IMG/VR virus record: IMGVR_UViG_3300050821_002228
From: a virus
Direction: 5' to 3' (one strand)
Length of the DNA: 64,000 nucleotides
Positions 1 to 8,230 of this stretch are shown here, piece after piece. The position numbers and the translations under genes were made by a program. The first letter of the stretch is position 1; each line of letters opens with the position of its first letter. Below the pieces are notes generated by a model. It was not told the DNA's origin. It ran no database searches and saw only the letters and a program-made list of their open reading frames with translations.

Positions 1-591
1 CCCGTATGGTGCCCGGCGTGTGCCGGTACCATCCGTACTGCGCTACGGTCCCTACCGACCGCCTACAGGGCCCTAGACGCTGTCCCGTACATGACGCCGC
101 GTGCCCCATCCGACGACCTCGCCACCCACGTGTCCGGCAGCCGCGAACGGCCATCCCCCGGACCCGGCGTTGACCTGCGACACGAGATGTCACGAACCAT
201 GTGTTCGTGGGAGGACGATTTGCGGCAGCATCTGCGGGTCCGGGCCGCCCATCTACCCGACGGGTCTGAACGGGCGTTACAGACCGCCGTACGGTTCCTG
301 AACGGCAATTGGGACGCCGCTATCAGCCGCCCCGAATGCTCCCGCGACTTCGGCGACGAAACCACTGGCCTATACCTGCGTGCGCTGCGGATGGTGAAGA
401 ACGACCGGCCACGCCGGAAACTGTCGATCCCCTGCCCGCGCTGCGACGTCCGCGCCCTGGTTCAACACGAGGGCTTCGCCAACGTCCCGTGGTACACCGA
501 ATGCCTCCCCGATCTGGGTGGCTGCGGCGTGTTGTACAGCGAGCAGGAGATGTCGTGGGCGGCTGAGGTGCGGGTGGCGGTCCGGACATGA
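1..591 (+). CDS. Zn-finger protein, 5'-truncated by the window edge; possible late transcription regulator
   Basis: Frame is open from base 1 (PVWCPACAG...YMTPR). CPAC, CPRC and GGCG Cys motifs. Overlaps the next small HTH gene, a layout common upstream of actinophage packaging genes. Confidence 0.55.
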   Translation, partial: PVWCPACAGTIRTALRSLPTAYRALDAVPYMTPRAPSDDLATHVSGSRERPSPGPGVDLRHEMSRTMCSWEDDLRQHLRVRAAHLPDGSERALQTAVRFLNGNWDAAISRPECSRDFGDETTGLYLRALRMVKNDRPRRKLSIPCPRCDVRALVQHEGFANVPWYTECLPDLGGCGVLYSEQEMSWAAEVRVAVRT

Positions 592-803
592 TGGTGACGA
601 TTGTGGAGGCTGCGCTGATGGCGCACCGCGACGAACGCACCGTGCGCCGCTGGATCACACAGGGGCTCCTCGTAGACCACCGGGATGTGACCGGCCGTCG
701 GGTGGTGGTGTTGCGTGAGGTGATGTTGGTGGAGGCGCATGTGCGGTCGGCGCCGCGTCGCCGTCAGGCTCAACGCCTTGCCGACCTGTTGAACGTTGAC
801 TAG
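588..803 (+). CDS. Small HTH DNA-binding protein (MerR/excisionase-like)
   Basis: TIVEAALMAHRDERTVRRWITQGLL helix-turn-helix pattern; ATGA overlap with upstream stop. Confidence 0.6.
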   Translation: MMVTIVEAALMAHRDERTVRRWITQGLLVDHRDVTGRRVVVLREVMLVEAHVRSAPRRRQAQRLADLLNVD

Positions 804-808
804 CGGAC

Positions 809-840
809 TTGACATCGTGCCGCTACTCTCGTGTTAGCTT
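809..840 (+). promoter_or_regulatory. Putative housekeeping-sigma promoter
   Basis: TTGACA at 809-814 and extended -10 TGtTAGCTT at 832-840. The 20-nt spacing is long, so this is tentative. Confidence 0.35.
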
Positions 841-920
841 TTCGACCACTGCGTTTAGACACAGAAACTCCGGCGGGTGCGCTAACACCCCCGGAGTATG
901 GCTGACTGATTGGAGTCAAC

Positions 921-1406
921 GTGGCCAGTGTAGTTGGTGCGCGATCATTGCCGGGCGACCGGAGCGTTACCCAAAATTTTGGATGTTCTGACCCTCGCTG
1001 TGATGGAACGCCGATACCGGGTTGTCCTATCCCGTTGTGTGTGGCTCACGTTGCCGAAGTGATGCGGTTTGCCAATGGGGCTGCGCGGGACGGTGTGGGC
1101 GCACGTTGGTCCGCATCGCCTGGGGGTTTGACCCGGGTCCCAGCTAAACAGCCGCGTGAGACGTACGGACTTGTGTATTTCATCCGTTTAGGCGGGTTGA
1201 TTAAGATTGGCAAGACGCAAGATTTGAATAAGCGCATTACTAGCTTTTCTCATCCTGACGTCGAGGTCTTGGCCACGGAACCGGGATACACGGTGTTGGA
1301 AAGTAAACTACATCGGCGGTTTGCAGACCATCAGGTCCGTGGCGAGTGGTTCCGACCGCACCCGGATCTGATGGGGTACATTGAAGAAGTGCGTTCGCGC
1401 ACGTAG
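921..1406 (+). CDS. T5orf172/GIY-YIG-superfamily endonuclease-like protein
   Basis: GLVYFIRLGGLIKIGKT...LESKLHRRF...RGEWF signature; GGAG RBS before GTG; more AT-rich than the flanks. Confidence 0.75.
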   Translation: MASVVGARSLPGDRSVTQNFGCSDPRCDGTPIPGCPIPLCVAHVAEVMRFANGAARDGVGARWSASPGGLTRVPAKQPRETYGLVYFIRLGGLIKIGKTQDLNKRITSFSHPDVEVLATEPGYTVLESKLHRRFADHQVRGEWFRPHPDLMGYIEEVRSRT

Positions 1407-1409
1407 CGT

Positions 1410-1484
1410 CGCGGGGTGGGGCAGTTCGGTCAGCCCGCTGGCCTCATAAGCCAGAATGCGCAGGTTCAAATCCTGCCCCCGCTA
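1410..1484 (+). tRNA. tRNA-Met(CAT), initiator-like; CCA not encoded
   Basis: CGCGGGG/CCCCGCT acceptor, GGGC/GCCC D-stem, CTGGC-CTCATAA-GCCAG anticodon arm, GCAGG-TTCAAAT-CCTGC T-arm. Confidence 0.9.
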
Positions 1485-1500
1485 CTATTCGGAGGTTGTC

Positions 1501-1992
1501 ATGGCCGCGCCGAAACCTGGCACGTACGCGTGTGTCCGTACCGGCGGGTTCTATGCCCGGCTGATCCGCTGGGGGACCCGGTCCACGTTCAATCACGCGT
1601 TCATCGTTGTTGATGATCAGGGCGGGATTATCGAGGCTGATCCGGGCGGTGCGCGCCGCAACAACATCTCGGCCTACGGCACGGACACGATGGTGTTCGA
1701 TGTGAACGAGCCTGTTACAGATGATGAGCGTGCGCGGATCATTGCGAAGGCTGAGACGTTGTTGGGGACGCCGTACGGGTGGACTGACATTGCCCGGCTG
1801 GCTCTTCGTTGCACTGGCCTCAGATGGGGTTGGCTGACGGCGGCTGCCGATAAGGAGCGGGCAATGATTTGTTCGCAGTTGGTTGCCATTTGTGGAGATA
1901 GCGCGGGTCTGGATTGGAATTGCGGCCGGGGTAATCCGGCTGCGGTGACGCCGGGTGATTTGGCGCGACGGCTGGTTACGTCGTCTACATAG
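1501..1992 (+). CDS. Permuted papain-like amidase (YiiX/YaeF, NlpC/P60 superfamily)
   Basis: NHAFIV...IEA (His) precedes ICSQLV (Cys), with GTPYGW between; GGAGG RBS before ATG 1501. Confidence 0.75.
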   Translation: MAAPKPGTYACVRTGGFYARLIRWGTRSTFNHAFIVVDDQGGIIEADPGGARRNNISAYGTDTMVFDVNEPVTDDERARIIAKAETLLGTPYGWTDIARLALRCTGLRWGWLTAAADKERAMICSQLVAICGDSAGLDWNCGRGNPAAVTPGDLARRLVTSST

Positions 1993-1998
1993 CGCATG

Positions 1999-2028
1999 GT
2001 GACAGTACATCGTTGCGTCCTGTACGAT
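1999..2028 (+). promoter_or_regulatory. Promoter overlapped by an inverted repeat; predicts a leaderless mRNA for 2036..2881
   Basis: GTGACA-18 nt-TACGAT; ATG lies 7 nt after the -10; arms GACAGTacATCGT/ACGATACTGTC. Confidence 0.55.
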
Positions 2029-2035
2029 ACTGTCC

Positions 2036-2881
2036 ATGCCTCCACAACGACAGCAAAGGGAACTCCTCAAAGCGGGACAAAAATTCACCCGCTGGACAGT
2101 CCTGGAAGACCAGGCAAACCCGTGGGTAACCCACGTCCGCTGCGAATGCGAATGCGGCACCAAACGCAAAGTCCACTGCGACAACCTGTTGCGCCAGGGA
2201 ACCCACTCCTGCGGCTGCCTCCGCGCCGACCGCGCTGCTGAAACCGCCGAGACCCGCGCCACCCACTTCGTCAAAAACGGCGAGGTCTACGGCCGCCTCA
2301 CCGTCACCAACGCCGACGACCGCAAAAACGTGCAGTGCCAATGCGAATGCGGCAACACCACCACCGTCCCCTCCGGCAGCCTCCGCACCGGCAACACCCG
2401 ATCCTGCGGCTGCCTGTCCTCGTCCCGCTGGTCCGCCACGTTGAAACGGCAACACGCCGAACGCGGCCACACCGGCATCAGCAAACACCCCGCCTACACC
2501 GGGTGGCGACGCATCTACAACAGCACCCAGCCCACCCACCACAGCTACGACCCCACGATTGTCCTCCACCCCGCCTGGTACGACGCCAACGTGTTCTGCG
2601 CTGACGTCACCGCCGAGATCGGGGAACGCCCCAACAAATCATGGCGCCTGCTGCGTCGCGACCCGAAGGGCGCGTTCGAACCCGGGAACGTGATGTGGGG
2701 TGACCAGTCCACCATCGGACGCCGCCGCGAACACGGCAAGTTCCCGCCGGACACCCGCCGGGAGATGGCGTCGATGGTCGTAGACCTCGGGTTCACACAG
2801 GTGGATGTGGCGAAGGCGTACGACGTCCTCCCCTCCTACATCAGCAACGTGGTAAAGGCGTACAAGACCGGCAAACTGTAG
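2036..2881 (+). CDS. AP2/HNH-associated protein with two CxCxCG...SCGC zinc-ribbon repeats
   Basis: RWTVL..CECECG..SCGCL and RLTV..CQCECG..SCGCL repeats, then a GAFEPGNVMW degenerate HNH-like segment and a C-terminal HTH. Confidence 0.65.
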   Translation: MPPQRQQRELLKAGQKFTRWTVLEDQANPWVTHVRCECECGTKRKVHCDNLLRQGTHSCGCLRADRAAETAETRATHFVKNGEVYGRLTVTNADDRKNVQCQCECGNTTTVPSGSLRTGNTRSCGCLSSSRWSATLKRQHAERGHTGISKHPAYTGWRRIYNSTQPTHHSYDPTIVLHPAWYDANVFCADVTAEIGERPNKSWRLLRRDPKGAFEPGNVMWGDQSTIGRRREHGKFPPDTRREMASMVVDLGFTQVDVAKAYDVLPSYISNVVKAYKTGKL

Positions 2882-2901
2882 ACCCGACGGGGGGACCGGA
2901 C

Positions 2902-3231
2902 ATGATCACCAGATCTGTTCTCGACACCGAATACCTCGCCTACCCCGAACAGGTCCTGGTGTCCGGTCTCCCCATCAACCCCATCGCCGACACGGTCCAA
3001 TTCGCGTTCATGCCCAACCCCGCCAACGCCAACCCCGCCTCTGGCGACTGGCACACCGGCAGTTGGTACACCACCGGGCAGGGCGGCACCAACGCCTACT
3101 TCGCCGAAATCCTCGTCGGACCCGGCACCGGCGGAATCCCGCTCACCGCAGGCCTGTACAACGTGTGGGTGAAAATCACTGACAGCCCGCAGGTACCCGT
3201 CCGTCTCGTGGACACCCTCCAAATCGTGTAG
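2902..3231 (+). CDS. Conserved phage beta-sandwich protein, possibly virion-associated
   Basis: GGGGG RBS; AGLYNVWVKITDSPQVPV C-terminus resembles BppU-N-like actinophage proteins. Confidence 0.4.
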   Translation: MITRSVLDTEYLAYPEQVLVSGLPINPIADTVQFAFMPNPANANPASGDWHTGSWYTTGQGGTNAYFAEILVGPGTGGIPLTAGLYNVWVKITDSPQVPVRLVDTLQIV

Positions 3232-3252
3232 CCCCCCGATATCATCCGGGGC

Positions 3253-3546
3253 ATGGCCAAACCACATTGGCAAGTCCTCGGGGAAAACGGCCCCCAAGGC
3301 TTCGGATGCCAACACGCAGACTGCCACCGCAGGGCCACCGTCCAGTGGCGACGCGCAGCCACCGACACGGAGGTGTACGCGGACGCCCGCCACACCGGCC
3401 CGTACGGCGCTGTCCACCGCAACCCGCAGGGCCCCCACTACACGTCAGTGTTCGCCTGCGACGACCACGCCCCCGCCCCGGACGACATGACCCGGCACCA
3501 CGCCCACAACTGCCCGGCCCCCGACCCCGGATGCGACTGCGAATGA
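3253..3546 (+). CDS. Cys/His-rich hypothetical protein
   Basis: CQHADC, FACDDH and HAHNC motifs; overlap-coupled to the next gene. Confidence 0.5.
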   Translation: MAKPHWQVLGENGPQGFGCQHADCHRRATVQWRRAATDTEVYADARHTGPYGAVHRNPQGPHYTSVFACDDHAPAPDDMTRHHAHNCPAPDPGCDCE

Positions 3547-3995
3547 TCATCAACCCGGAACCCAACATCCCCATCCACATCATCCACCGCACATGGCGGC
3601 ACGGCGTTGAGGACATCCACACCGTTGCCTGTACCCGCTGCGGCTTCGATGCAGACTCCCGCATCCACCCCGACTGGTACCACCGCACCATCACCCACCA
3701 GTGCGCGCCCGACAGCGCCCCACACGGGCCCGCAGCCGATAATGCACCAACCCTCGGCGCACAAGTCCACTACCGGTCATACGGCACCCCCGGCGGCGAA
3801 TACGCACCGGAATGCCGCGCAGCCATGATCACCGCCGTTGATGTCGGCCACGACGTCAGCCCCGACGCCGTCCAAACCCTAGGCGCCGACCCCGTAGCCC
3901 TCACCGTCTTCAACCCCGACGGCACCTTCCTCAAAAACCCCATCTACCACGACGAAAACCAGTCAGGCGGCACCTGGCACCACCCATGCCAGTAG
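3543..3995 (+). CDS. Hypothetical phage protein
   Basis: ATGA overlap at 3543; CTRC motif; VHYRSYGTPGGEY..CRAAMIT segment. Confidence 0.5.
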   Translation: MIINPEPNIPIHIIHRTWRHGVEDIHTVACTRCGFDADSRIHPDWYHRTITHQCAPDSAPHGPAADNAPTLGAQVHYRSYGTPGGEYAPECRAAMITAVDVGHDVSPDAVQTLGADPVALTVFNPDGTFLKNPIYHDENQSGGTWHHPCQ

Positions 3996-4282
3996 AAACC
4001 CTCTGGTACCACCGACACCCCCACCCCATCACCGTCGCCGTAGAAACAGACCACCACGGCTGGCCCATCGGGCACATCATCCGCTGCCCCCACTGCGGAT
4101 GGGCATGGCGCTACACCACCGACGAAACACAGTGGTCCGTCACCACCAGCCGCTACACCAACGCCACCATCCACACCGCAACCTGCCACCTATGCACCTG
4201 GCAGGTTGCAGACGTTAAGAACGTACGCGGCCTCATCGAAGATCACTACGACCGCGAACACCCACAAACTACCGGCGAGTAA
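3986..4282 (+). CDS. Zn-finger hypothetical protein
   Basis: CPHC and CHLC motifs; compact operon placement. Confidence 0.5.
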   Translation: MPVETLWYHRHPHPITVAVETDHHGWPIGHIIRCPHCGWAWRYTTDETQWSVTTSRYTNATIHTATCHLCTWQVADVKNVRGLIEDHYDREHPQTTGE

Positions 4283-4312
4283 CATGTCAACCAATACCGA
4301 TCGGCACACAAA

Positions 4313-4783
4313 ATGGGCGCATCACTAGCACAACGCGCAGCCACCGCCGACCGCCGACGCAAAGCAATCGCACTCCGCCTAGCAGGCGCACAATACGAAC
4401 AGATTGCAGAACAACTCGGCTACGCCGACCGAGGCGCCGCATACAACGACATCCGACGATCCCTGGAACAAAACCTCAAAGAAGGATCCGCCGACGGCGA
4501 AACCCTCCGCGAACTCAACCGACTCCGCATGGAACGGCTGATCGTCGCATCATGGAGCGCAGCCACCAACGGCGACCAGAAAGCCATCGAAACCACCCGG
4601 CGGCTCATCGAATCGTTGAACAAGATGTACGGCATCGGCACCACCATGCGCGTCGAACACATCACCATTGACGCGGTGGACGCGGAGATTGCCCGTCTGC
4701 AAGAGAAGCTGGCTGACAATGACCGACGACTTGGAAACGTACCGGTTGGAGAGGCTTCAACTCCTTCAAGAATTGAAGCGTAA
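4313..4783 (+). CDS. terS: Terminase small subunit
   Basis: N-terminal HTH (RRRKAIALRLAGAQYEQIAEQLGY), helical body; overlaps the terL start. Confidence 0.7.
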   Translation: MGASLAQRAATADRRRKAIALRLAGAQYEQIAEQLGYADRGAAYNDIRRSLEQNLKEGSADGETLRELNRLRMERLIVASWSAATNGDQKAIETTRRLIESLNKMYGIGTTMRVEHITIDAVDAEIARLQEKLADNDRRLGNVPVGEASTPSRIEA

Positions 4784-6332
4784 AGAAGCCGAACAAGAGG
4801 CAGCGAAGTATGCACGCATGGACGTGTTCGCTGTTCTCGGTTACGAACCAAACTGTACGGTCCGGGCCAGAGCACGGGACGCGGGCATGGCAGAAGACTG
4901 CCTGCCCGCCCCGTGCGGGATGTGCCCGCAGGAGCTGTTCCACGCCGCTACCGAATCCGATGTGCTGTACGGCGGCGCGGCTGGTGGCGGGAAGTCCGTG
5001 GCTATCGTCATGGAAGCGATGAAGAACGCGGTTCGGCATCCGGGGATCCGGATTCTGTTGCTGCGGCGGACGTTCGACGAGTTGGCGGAGTCGATCTTCC
5101 CTGTGCTTCGCCGCTACCGGTACGGCAACGCCCTGGGTGCCCGGTGGAATGGCACGGAGAAGGAGCTGCGCTGGCCGAACGGCAGTGTTTTGCGATGCCG
5201 GTATCTGGAGTCGGCGGAGGACGCGTCACGCCGTCAGGGCGGCGGGTATCAGCTTCTCCTTGTTGATGAGGCCACGTTGATGCCGCCGGGTGCGGTGGAC
5301 ATCATCAAGTTTGAGCGTCTGCGGTCGGGTGACGGGGTGCCGGTGATCGGTACCCGGATGACGTGCAACCCGGGTGGTCCGTCGCATGGTGAGGTGAAGA
5401 AGCGGTATATCGAGGCCACCGACTACGGCAAACACATCGTCCATGATGAGGGCGGCCTGACGCGGCGGTTCATTCAGGCGAAGGCCACGGACAACCCGCA
5501 CTTGGATGCGGGGTACAGGCACCGTCTGGATCAGATTCCGGACCCGGACCGTCGTGCGGCGATGCGTGACGGCGACTGGGACCGGTGGGCGGGGCAGATG
5601 TTCCCGGAGTTGTCGCGGGACAGGCATGTGGTGTTCCCGATGGAGTTGCCGTCGTCGTGGCGGCGCTATGCCGGGGTTGACTGGGGCTACACGGCGCCGT
5701 GGGCGGTGGTGTGGGGCGCGTTGGATGAGGACAAGCGTCTGTGGGTGTACAGGGAGCTGTATGCGACGCAGGTGGGCGAGAAGGACCAGGCGTTGCGGAT
5801 TAAGGCGGCGGAGGGTTCGGAGCGTCCACGGCGGTTCGCTGACGATGCGCTGTGGGCTACCCGTGGTGACGCTAAACCGATTGCGACTATCTACACGGAG
5901 AACGGGGTTCATCTGGAGGAGGCGGGGAAGGGTCCGGGGTCCCGGATTGCCGGGTGGCAGCGGATCCACTCGTTCCTCGCTGATGCGCCTGCGTGTCTGT
6001 TTCACCGGTCGCAGGGTCTTGAGGAATGCCCGATGATCCACATTTTTGATTCGTGTACTGAGTTGCTGCGGGAGTTGCGGGACCTTCCGCACGCGTCCAG
6101 CGGCAACATTGAGGACGCGGACACCAAGGCCAGTGATCACGCTGCGGACGCCCTGCGGTACATGGTGATCAACCTGGGTGTGGATCAGCGGTTCCACTGG
6201 CCGAAGGACAATCCGGCGGCGTCGCGGGAGATTGATCCTGGGGCGCGTGGGGAGTTCACACCGGCGTATGCGGGTCAGACTATCGGCGGTTTCCCGGTGC
6301 TGCACCCGTCAGGCAACCCGTGGGGCCTGTAG
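4719..6332 (+). CDS. terL: Terminase large subunit (537 aa)
   Basis: Walker A YGGAAGGGKS, Walker B LLLVDEA, TCNPGG coupling motif, nuclease GVDWG and DHAADALRY. Start taken at ATG 4719. Confidence 0.95.
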   Translation: MTDDLETYRLERLQLLQELKRKEAEQEAAKYARMDVFAVLGYEPNCTVRARARDAGMAEDCLPAPCGMCPQELFHAATESDVLYGGAAGGGKSVAIVMEAMKNAVRHPGIRILLLRRTFDELAESIFPVLRRYRYGNALGARWNGTEKELRWPNGSVLRCRYLESAEDASRRQGGGYQLLLVDEATLMPPGAVDIIKFERLRSGDGVPVIGTRMTCNPGGPSHGEVKKRYIEATDYGKHIVHDEGGLTRRFIQAKATDNPHLDAGYRHRLDQIPDPDRRAAMRDGDWDRWAGQMFPELSRDRHVVFPMELPSSWRRYAGVDWGYTAPWAVVWGALDEDKRLWVYRELYATQVGEKDQALRIKAAEGSERPRRFADDALWATRGDAKPIATIYTENGVHLEEAGKGPGSRIAGWQRIHSFLADAPACLFHRSQGLEECPMIHIFDSCTELLRELRDLPHASSGNIEDADTKASDHAADALRYMVINLGVDQRFHWPKDNPAASREIDPGARGEFTPAYAGQTIGGFPVLHPSGNPWGL

Positions 6333-6340
6333 ACACACGA

Positions 6341-6367
6341 ACACCCCCAGTCGGGTACTGGGGGTGT
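6341..6367. terminator. Hairpin between convergent terL and the minus-strand cassette
   Basis: ACACCCCCAGT-cgggt-ACTGGGGGTGT perfect 11-bp stem. Confidence 0.75.
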
Positions 6368-6398
6368 CGCGGGCCCTACAGGGCCGTGTACGGGGCTG

Positions 6399-6959
6399 TC
6401 AGACCGTCGGCGGGTTCTGCGGGCGGGATGCGGCGGCCAGCGCGTCCAGCGCATCCCGCAGACCCTGCGACGCAAACCCGGCCGTTATGCCACGGTCCGA
6501 CAGCGTGGACAGCGCAGGCAGTTCCGTCTGTGCGATACGGGCCCGCTCACCAGCCGCCCACGCCGCACCCGTCAGCGGCGTCTGACCGGTCAGGTACATG
6601 CGGACGGCGTACCGGTTGTACCGCGCCGACGCCGCCAGCTCCCTGCACGCCACACAGTCACCGTGGTCGCGGGTGCCGATGTCGAACCGGTGCTCGTTCA
6701 GCCGCGCCTGCCACTGGTTCGCGAACTCCTGGTGGTTCTTGATCTCGACCAGGTGGGGAACCTCGTCCGCCTGGATCTCGTCCCAGAAGTCGCTGATGCC
6801 CACGGTGTTGTGGAACCCGGCCGCCGATGCGGCGTCGCGGCACTGGTCCACGGCGGCGTGGATGACGTCGCTGTCCCTGTCGATGGTGCCGTTGGCCATT
6901 GCGGTGCGGATGGCGCGGGCGTGGATGGTGATGGTCCGGGCGTACGTGGCGTCGGTCAT
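6399..6959 (-). CDS. Hypothetical protein
   Basis: CCGGAGG RBS before ATG 6959; CVAC motif. Confidence 0.6.
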   Translation of the reverse strand: MTDATYARTITIHARAIRTAMANGTIDRDSDVIHAAVDQCRDAASAAGFHNTVGISDFWDEIQADEVPHLVEIKNHQEFANQWQARLNEHRFDIGTRDHGDCVACRELAASARYNRYAVRMYLTGQTPLTGAAWAAGERARIAQTELPALSTLSDRGITAGFASQGLRDALDALAAASRPQNPPTV

Positions 6960-7040
6960 GATCTTCCTCCGGTTCTTCACTGACGGCCATCGTCAGGGGC
7001 GGTCCAACCGCCCGACGCCTCCCGGCGTTTCGGCCTATGG

Positions 7041-7496
7041 TCAGTCGGCGATCGCGTACACGTAGTTGTGGAACTGCTCGCCGTTGCAGAACGCGCCGCC
7101 GGAGGAGATGCGGACGACGCGGCGGCCGTGGGCGTAGCGGCGGGCGGCAGCGGCGGCCTTGCGGCCGAAGTTCTTCGACGACAGCGCGGTGTTGGCGCGG
7201 AGGGTGATGTTCAGGATGTCGTCGCTGACGCGGTTGACGCCGACCTGAACGGCCTGCTCGCTGGTCAGGATCTCGATGGCGTAGTCAGCGATGGCGGCGA
7301 TGGATTCGCCGAGGTTCTTCGGGCGGGGCGCGGTGTGGCGGGCGTCGTCGCCGACGAAGACGGTGATGTCGGTGTTGGACAGGTACACGGTGACCGGCTG
7401 GCCGTCCACCAGGTAGGGGGTGGTGTCGGCGAGGGTGCGGGCGCCGGGGGTGTAGATGGTGATGAACCGGGCGGCGGGGGCGGTCGTGGTGGTCAT
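7041..7496 (-). CDS. Hypothetical protein (starts MTTTTTA)
   Basis: AGGAGG RBS and its own promoter at 7531-7560. Confidence 0.65.
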   Translation of the reverse strand: MTTTTAPAARFITIYTPGARTLADTTPYLVDGQPVTVYLSNTDITVFVGDDARHTAPRPKNLGESIAAIADYAIEILTSEQAVQVGVNRVSDDILNITLRANTALSSKNFGRKAAAAARRYAHGRRVVRISSGGAFCNGEQFHNYVYAIAD

Positions 7497-7530
7497 CGTG
7501 TCCTCCTGGTTGGCTTGTTCCGATAGGGAC

Positions 7531-7560
7531 ATCGTAGCCCCCAGACCTAAACGGCGTCAA
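7531..7560 (-). promoter_or_regulatory. Sigma70/HrdB-type promoter, copy 1 of a repeated phage promoter
   Basis: Minus strand TTGACG-18 nt-TACGAT. The -35 lies in a perfect 14-bp inverted repeat (7555-7568/7577-7590). Confidence 0.8.
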
Positions 7561-7600
7561 CCCCCGGGACAAGAAACCCGGGGGTTGACGCCCACAGCCC

Positions 7601-8134
7601 CTACCGGCCGTTGTCGATGACCTCCACCACCGTCTCCGACGTGATCGCCCGGTGCACCGGCACAATCGCCGGGTAGCACGACGCCGCACCGGCCAGCCCG
7701 GTCCCGCCGCCCACAATCTTCGTCATGCCCTCGACCCGGACCGACCCCACGTAGAAGCCCTTGCGGGCGTTGTTCCGACGCGCCGTCGCCTCGTTGCGGG
7801 CCTGCGACGGGTTGAAGAACCCGGTCTTGTCGCCGTTGGCGTCCAGCAGCATCCAGTACTCGCCGTACTGGCCCCAGCCGTGGACCGACGGGATCAGGTT
7901 GCCGTCCAGGTCGAAGAGACCCTGGATCTCGGTGGTGCCGCCGGTCTCGGCCAGTTGCGCCTTCAGCTCGTTCTCGCCGGACGTCATCTGGTGCGCCCAC
8001 TGGGACACGAAACCGTCGGTGTCGCAGCGGTCCCACGACTCGTTCCGCAGACGGTTGGCGGCGGCGGACTCTTCGCGCCACTCGGCGGCGGTCTTGCCCT
8101 GGTAGGTGCTGGTGGCGGTGGTGGTCGTGGTCAT
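7601..8134 (-). CDS. Hypothetical protein (starts MTTTTTA)
   Basis: GGAGG RBS and its own promoter; ESWDRCDTDGFVSQWA segment. Confidence 0.65.
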   Translation of the reverse strand: MTTTTTATSTYQGKTAAEWREESAAANRLRNESWDRCDTDGFVSQWAHQMTSGENELKAQLAETGGTTEIQGLFDLDGNLIPSVHGWGQYGEYWMLLDANGDKTGFFNPSQARNEATARRNNARKGFYVGSVRVEGMTKIVGGGTGLAGAASCYPAIVPVHRAITSETVVEVIDNGR

Positions 8135-8170
8135 TTGGATCATCCTCCAGGTTGTTGTTCCGACAGGAAC

Positions 8171-8200
8171 ACCGTACTGCCAGAACCTAAACGCCGTCAA
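8171..8200 (-). promoter_or_regulatory. Sigma70/HrdB-type promoter, copy 2
   Basis: TTGACG-18 nt-TACGGT; the surrounding ~55 bp closely matches 7516-7570. Confidence 0.8.
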
Positions 8201-8230
8201 CCCCGATCCGAGAAGAAACAGGAGGCCCGC

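Noticed and set aside
4719-6332. Intein or intron in terL (Cys-rich insert near the N-terminus)
   Set aside because: The insert is only about 25 aa, with no intein termini or endonuclease motifs; the protein length is normal.
7652-8230. N-terminal extension of the portal ORF (and of 17870, 31150..32781, 52697..54142)
   Set aside because: The extensions overlap other genes or promoters; good RBS-start pairs lie at 8231, 18002, 32406 and 53494.
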